NCBI GenBank assembly: GCA_964247055.1
Contig: OZ176057.1
Coordinates: 4,030,001-4,094,000 of the forward strand
DNA length: 64,000 nt
Direction: 5' to 3'
From: Paragordius varius
Lineage: Eukaryota > Animalia > Nematomorpha
Of this stretch, positions 58,901 through 64,000 are shown piece by piece. Numbering within the stretch: the first letter of the stretch is position 1; each line of letters begins with the position of its first letter. Below the pieces are notes generated by a model, which saw only the letters and a list, made by a program, of their open reading frames with translations, did no database searches and was not told where the DNA came from. The translations under genes were made by a program, and so were the position numbers.

Positions 58901-59974
58901 TAACAATACTTTTTGCATTTTAAATTTTATATAAATTTCTACACTTATATACTAATATTCAGTCAAAGGCAACACTTTTCAACCAAATCAACATTTATTC
59001 AACCAAAGGCAACATATTTTCATTCAAACGCAACACTTTTCAAGCAAATGCAACATTTTTTCATTAGTCTTTGCTTAAAAAATATTGCATTTGCTTAGAA
59101 AATTTGCGTTTGCTTAAAAAAATGTTTTGTTTAATTAAGAAAATGTCGCGTTTGACTGAAAAATGGTATACTAATATAAACAGAATGTCGTGGATGTGCT
59201 AACAGTGTAGCTATACCAAATACTGTATGTGGAGGAAAGGGAATAATGTGCCCAGCATCTTATTATTGCGACATCAATACCAATATCAAGCATCCTGACC
59301 AGTATGGTTGTTGCTGTCCGTATCCTACAACAGGTATAATTTACACATTAAAACTAAATTTCAGAGTTGAATATGTAGTATAAAAAAAACTTTTGAGAAG
59401 TCTTTTTGGTGGTATAGAATATTATTATTCAGTTTGGTTTATTTTATTTACACCGTGGGAATAAATAATATTTGCAAATTTGTGATTGTTTCAATTGGCT
59501 AAATAATTTTAAATATAAATACTTGCAAAGATATTAAAGATTTACCTAAATAATTAAGTCATCTTTAGTGCTCTTGCACACATTCCAAAACAACATAAAT
59601 TAATTACGTTCTTTAGCTATCTGATTAATATCACAAGCGAAAATTTACACCAAATTTCAAAATTTTCATTTTTCAAATATTATTCAAAGTATTTTTTTAA
59701 CATATTAAAAATGGAGTGATACATTAATTAAATAATATACATATAGGCCATGCTATATTTTGGACTTAAAATTTGACTCTTTATAAAATTTCATATATTT
59801 TGAGAGTTGTCTTTTAAAATCACTACATTTAACAGTGGGATGTGTATTTTAGCGGATTTTTATAGATTAATTGATTAATTATTATATACGATTAAGCTCC
59901 AAGATTTATTGATATAAATCATTAAGAAAGCGCCTTAAAAAATGCCTTAAAAATTTTTTTAGTTAATATCAATG

Positions 59975-60006
<32 letters not shown>

Positions 60007-60395
60007 AAATAACTTTAGTTGGACCCAGTGTGACAATTTCAGCAATAACAACAACTGTAAATAGCACAGCAGTTACAAATACTTCTTTAACAACTGTGGC
60101 GCCATTCCCTCGCTTCCCGAGAAGGATAACGAATGCTAGAAGGGAACTTCCCCAAGACTGTGAAGTGTTCAATGTCAATTGCAGAGTGAACCTTTGTGAT
60201 TCCATCGTGTATGAGATACTCTAATTTTTTTAATTTTTTTTAAATACATTAGAAGTTGATAATAAAGGCGACTTGATATAGTAGATAAGGCACCGGCTCT
60301 TACACTGTGTCTTTGGTGTGCCAGAATTCGTATTCCGAAATTACGAAATTTTTTCTACACTGTCAATTAGCCCAGGACCTGATAATACAATTTAT

Positions 60396-60429
<34 letters not shown>

Positions 60430-62874
60430 TGCAAGTTTTGTATGAATTATGTCCATATAGCATTTGGATACAGTAAAGAGATTCTTGGTTAAAAAATCTT
60501 TTTTGCCCTTTACAACATTAATAATTCTCATTGCTGTATCAACTTTCTTTTAACAAATTAAGAAATAAAACAATGTTTGGAAAACTGTATTATAAAATTA
60601 ACTATGAAATTTTCATTAAATATGGGCTTCATAAATTCATTTTAATTAAAAATATTTATATCGTTTGGGACCTCATCACATGATATTTTTATATAATATT
60701 CGGCGCAATCGAAAATAAGTAAACAAAAATCATATTTGAAATTGAATGGTCCAACAAGTTCTCCAAAAAATTGACTTAACCCATTTTTCACACGGGGTGG
60801 GCCCAAACTGGGGACCTAATTCCAAAAAAGGGCGAAGCTATTGTCGGGGCATTCATTAATGATTAAATTTTTTCGATGTTTGGATTTGAATGGCTTCACC
60901 GGTTTTCCGGAAACAGATCACAAAGTTATATGAAAAATCAGTTTTTAGCGGGTAGCTCCTTACCCAGCAGCTATCATCAAATAAACGGTGGACTAAAATT
61001 TTTGCCTTTTAACAGGGAATACGTGGAATCTTTATTGAATTTTTACGGTCTCATACCTAGGGCGAAAAATCGATTTAAAAAATTATTTTTGTGGACTTTG
61101 TTCTTTGAAAAAAATGGCATTTTACGGGGGGAGCGGGTAAAAAGAGGGCCTAAATCAAAAATGTGACTCGACTATGTTCGGCGCAATCGAAAATAAGTAA
61201 ACAAAAATCATATTTGAAATTGAATGGTCCAACGCGTTCTCCGGAAAATTGTCTCAAAAGCACGATTTTGTGGACTTGTGTTTTTTAAAAAAACCCGTTT
61301 TTCATACGGGGTGGGCCCGAACTGGGGGCCTAATTCAAAAAAAGGGCGAAGCTATTGTCGGGAGATTTATTAATGATTATATTTTTTCGTATTTGGATTT
61401 GATTGGGTCTACCGGTTTTCCTGTACCAGATCACAAAGCATTTTCCATTTTTATAAATATATAGATTAGTTTACATTTTGTGGCAAATATTAGGCCCGGG
61501 ATTAAAATTAATATGTACTATTGGAAATAAATATTAAACATTATATATCGATTTATTCACATAAAAGCCGTTTTTTCATAATTCCCCTTTATACTCCAAT
61601 ATACATATATGTATATATAAACACTGTGTGCAAAACAATTTTTAACAAATTTTTTTTTCATGAGATAGCTTACGACCAGTGAATTCATTTGCCGCAAAAA
61701 TTATTATTTGTGACAACCTAGTTTTTGAAATATTGAGAGAAAAGCGAAATCGGGCAAAAAGTGATAATTGATAAAATTTGAGTTATTATGGTTTATTATT
61801 ATTTCCGGATATATTTTCTATATAAATAGCCTAAAATCATATAGTTAGGGTTTCTATAAATTTCAGCTCAAAAGATGGCGTTTTTCTTTTAACACCACAA
61901 AACATTTTTTAATAAAACTATATTAAAATAATTTTCATTAATTATTTGCTACCTAAACTCACTATTAAAATTTTATTCATATTTTATTCAGTATAAAATA
62001 CTTGTATATAAAATAAAACAAAAATTTTATATTTTATTTTAGCATTTTTTGTCTATCTGGTTTATGAGTGTATAAAAAATTTATACTGTTTTATTTTGGA
62101 ATTTTAGATGAGAGGTAATTTTAAAGTATATAATTTTGCAAAATAGGATTTAAAATAATGGAAAATTAATCAACGATCCGTACAAATCACAATACAAATA
62201 TTAAAGACTTGTTACAAGAATTTGTAAGGATCGTTGGTTAATAATCCACTAATTTAAATCCTATTTTTCATTATTTATATATTTTATAAATCGCATTCAT
62301 GTAAGATTCCAAATAAAACAGTTTAATTTTTTAAACACTCACAAACCAGATGACAAAAAATGTATAAAAAACAATATTTTTTGGTTTTATTTTAATATAT
62401 AAGTTTTTTACTGAATAAATATGGGTGTTAAGATTTTAATAGTGAGTTTAGCTAGTAAATATATATTAATATATTTTCATTAAATATTTTTTGTCTTTTA
62501 AGAGTGATAAAAGAAAAACGCCATCTTTTGACCTAAAATTTTATATATAGAAACCCAAACTATATGATTAGGCTATATATATTAAAAATATAATAATAAA
62601 CGATAAAATTTCAGATTTTATCATTATTTTTTGAATTATCCTTAATTATCTCTAATTTTCACTTTTGCCCGATTTCGATTTTCTCTCAATATTTCAAAAA
62701 CTAGGTTGTCAAATAATTTTTTTACGGCAAATGAATACGCATAAGCTATCTCATGAAAAAAATTTTTTTTTTACCCTGTTTTTTGTGCACAGTGTATATA
62801 TATAAATATGTATATAAATAAATATGTCTATATATAGTAAAATTTTATATTATACATACAAAATGTAAAACAGC

Positions 62875-62910
<36 letters not shown>

Positions 62911-63700
62911 CGGATAAAAAAGAAACTCAATAAAAAATATTTCAAAATCATAATTATTTGGTTAATGTAGAAATTAAACTTTAATTAAGTATGGTTCCTA
63001 AAAATATTTGTCGCTCGGAAAGTTCATTAAATGTCTGAAAAAATATAAATTTATTCACAGTTTATGTTCACAATTTCAATTTTTTTATATTTTATATGTA
63101 TAATAAAATCGCTTTGGCGTAGTTAACTGTAAATATAATCGAGTAAGGGTAGCCAAAATTAATCTTACTTTTGTACCACCTATAAATTTCAATAATATCT
63201 CCCACTAAATTTATTATTTTAAATCTAAGTTTACCAAAAATCTCTCTGTTTTATAGATAATACGCATTGTGAAAATTATTATAAAGAGCCAAATTTTAAA
63301 ATAGTTTATTTTTTTTAACCCAATCTACATACATAGTTCTATGGACTACCTCCAATTTTTATACGGTAACGAGAGCTTTTGTAGCCCATTTTGGTATTCT
63401 TTTTCAAAAATGTAACTAATAACAATGAAAAATGTCATACATGGTATTATATTTGAATAATCTTTTATCCATTCACACTATCGTTATGGCTTAGATTAGT
63501 GCTAGTTACTGTAAAAAATAATTCGTATAAGTAATTATCAAATCAAATCAAATCAAATGCTCCTTTTTTATCACAGATGTTACCCAGAACCACCTCCTGA
63601 CGCTATGTTAGTATGCCTAGTTCGAGGTTGTTCGCACTGTGATGTTGTCGTTAGCAATGATGGAATTCCACTAACCTGCTTTTCAACTCTCCTACCTTAA
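55965..63700 (+). CDS. Cys-rich secreted family gene G4 with a long Q/N/Y-rich pro-region (>431 aa)
   Basis: Exon 1 is tentative (55965-56039 or 56020-56061). Then 56491-56549 (tentative), 56935-57707 (Q/N/Y-rich, ends KSYDDTINI, cf. KSYDTSILL in G3), 59184-59333 (ECRGCANS...CPASYYCD...DQYGCCCPYPTT), 60019-60208 (Thr linker, CRVNLCDSIV), 63577-63700 (CYPEP...CLVRGCSHC...LTCFSTLLP*). Phases 0/2/1/1/2 are all compatible. Confidence 0.75.
57958..58090 (+). mobile_element. Possible tRNA-derived SINE (second copy ~60266-60385)
   Basis: GGCGTGATGGTAAGTAGG (A-box-like)...GATCGAACAC (B-box-like). The segment GG(G)CRCCGG(A)CTCTTACACTG...CACTGTCA is shared with 60266-60385. Confidence 0.4.
58948..59169. 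mobile_element. Small MITE with ~20-bp subrepeats, ending ~15 nt before a G4 acceptor
   Basis: TTCAGTCAAAGGCAACACTTTT is inverted relative to AAAATGTCGCGTTTGACTGAA. Same family as 29938-30067. Confidence 0.55.
60695..61465 (-). mobile_element. Helitron family H copy (5' part, with internal duplication), intronic in G4
   Basis: Ends ...ATATAGA|T (minus strand A|TC). ~60700-60930 duplicates ~61175-61430. Confidence 0.7.
61622..62794. mobile_element. ~1.17-kb foldback element, Tc1/mariner-like termini, intronic in G4
   Basis: CACTGTGTGCAAAA...TTTTGTGCACAGTG|TA. The arms are inverted over ~550 bp around a short spacer at ~62185-62225. Confidence 0.85.
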
Positions 63701-64000
63701 CCAGCATAAAATCGGACGCATTTCATATTTTTTGAATATATATATATATATATATATATAACTAATAAATTATAGCTAATACATTATTGATCGATCGGCA
63801 AAAATTATCATTTTAATAAATCAAACCGTTTAACTAAATCCAGCTTTCACACAAAAAGAAAACCGATTTAGGATATATTATTAAAACATCGGCTAATCCT
63901 GTACTAAACCCAAATGCATATTTTAGTTCCAAGATTTGTTTTATGCATAAATTGATATATATATATATAAAATATTTTGTAGTAAACTTGTAAAATTTTT

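Noticed and set aside
59986-63760. (TA)n runs and (TCAAA)n at 63537-63557; also (GT)n at 2805-2820 and poly-G at 591-607
   Set aside because: Ordinary microsatellites with no evidence of function.

Overview
Very AT-rich eukaryotic (invertebrate-like) genomic DNA with GT-AG introns and dense transposon debris; the species cannot be determined from the sequence. All gene models were assembled by hand from splice-site and phase logic and are untested. Host genes: (i) an 8-unit polyubiquitin gene (15314-18171) in which every ubiquitin unit is its own exon and every intron splits the Gly76 codon; (ii) a two-exon, ~718-aa low-complexity protein with no recognisable domain (25149-27388); (iii) a four-member family of probably secreted cysteine-rich proteins arranged <-G1 <-G2 | G3-> G4-> across 30-64 kb. 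The family is largely missed by the ORF track. Each member has a leader, an 8-Cys 'CxxC...CD...GCCC' exon, a Thr/Ser/Pro linker and a second Cys domain; G4 also has a 257-aa Q/N/Y-rich exon. Mobile DNA: a three-level nest (foldback element > internally deleted LTR element > Mag-like Ty3/Gypsy with 238-bp LTRs and ATAGT TSD), two RTE LINEs, two degenerate hAT (Buster/SPIN-type) elements, five co-oriented non-autonomous Helitron copies, CMC/Chapaev-like, piggyBac-like and Tc1-like MITEs or foldbacks, and a possible tRNA-derived SINE. No rRNA, bona fide tRNA or CRISPR array was seen.
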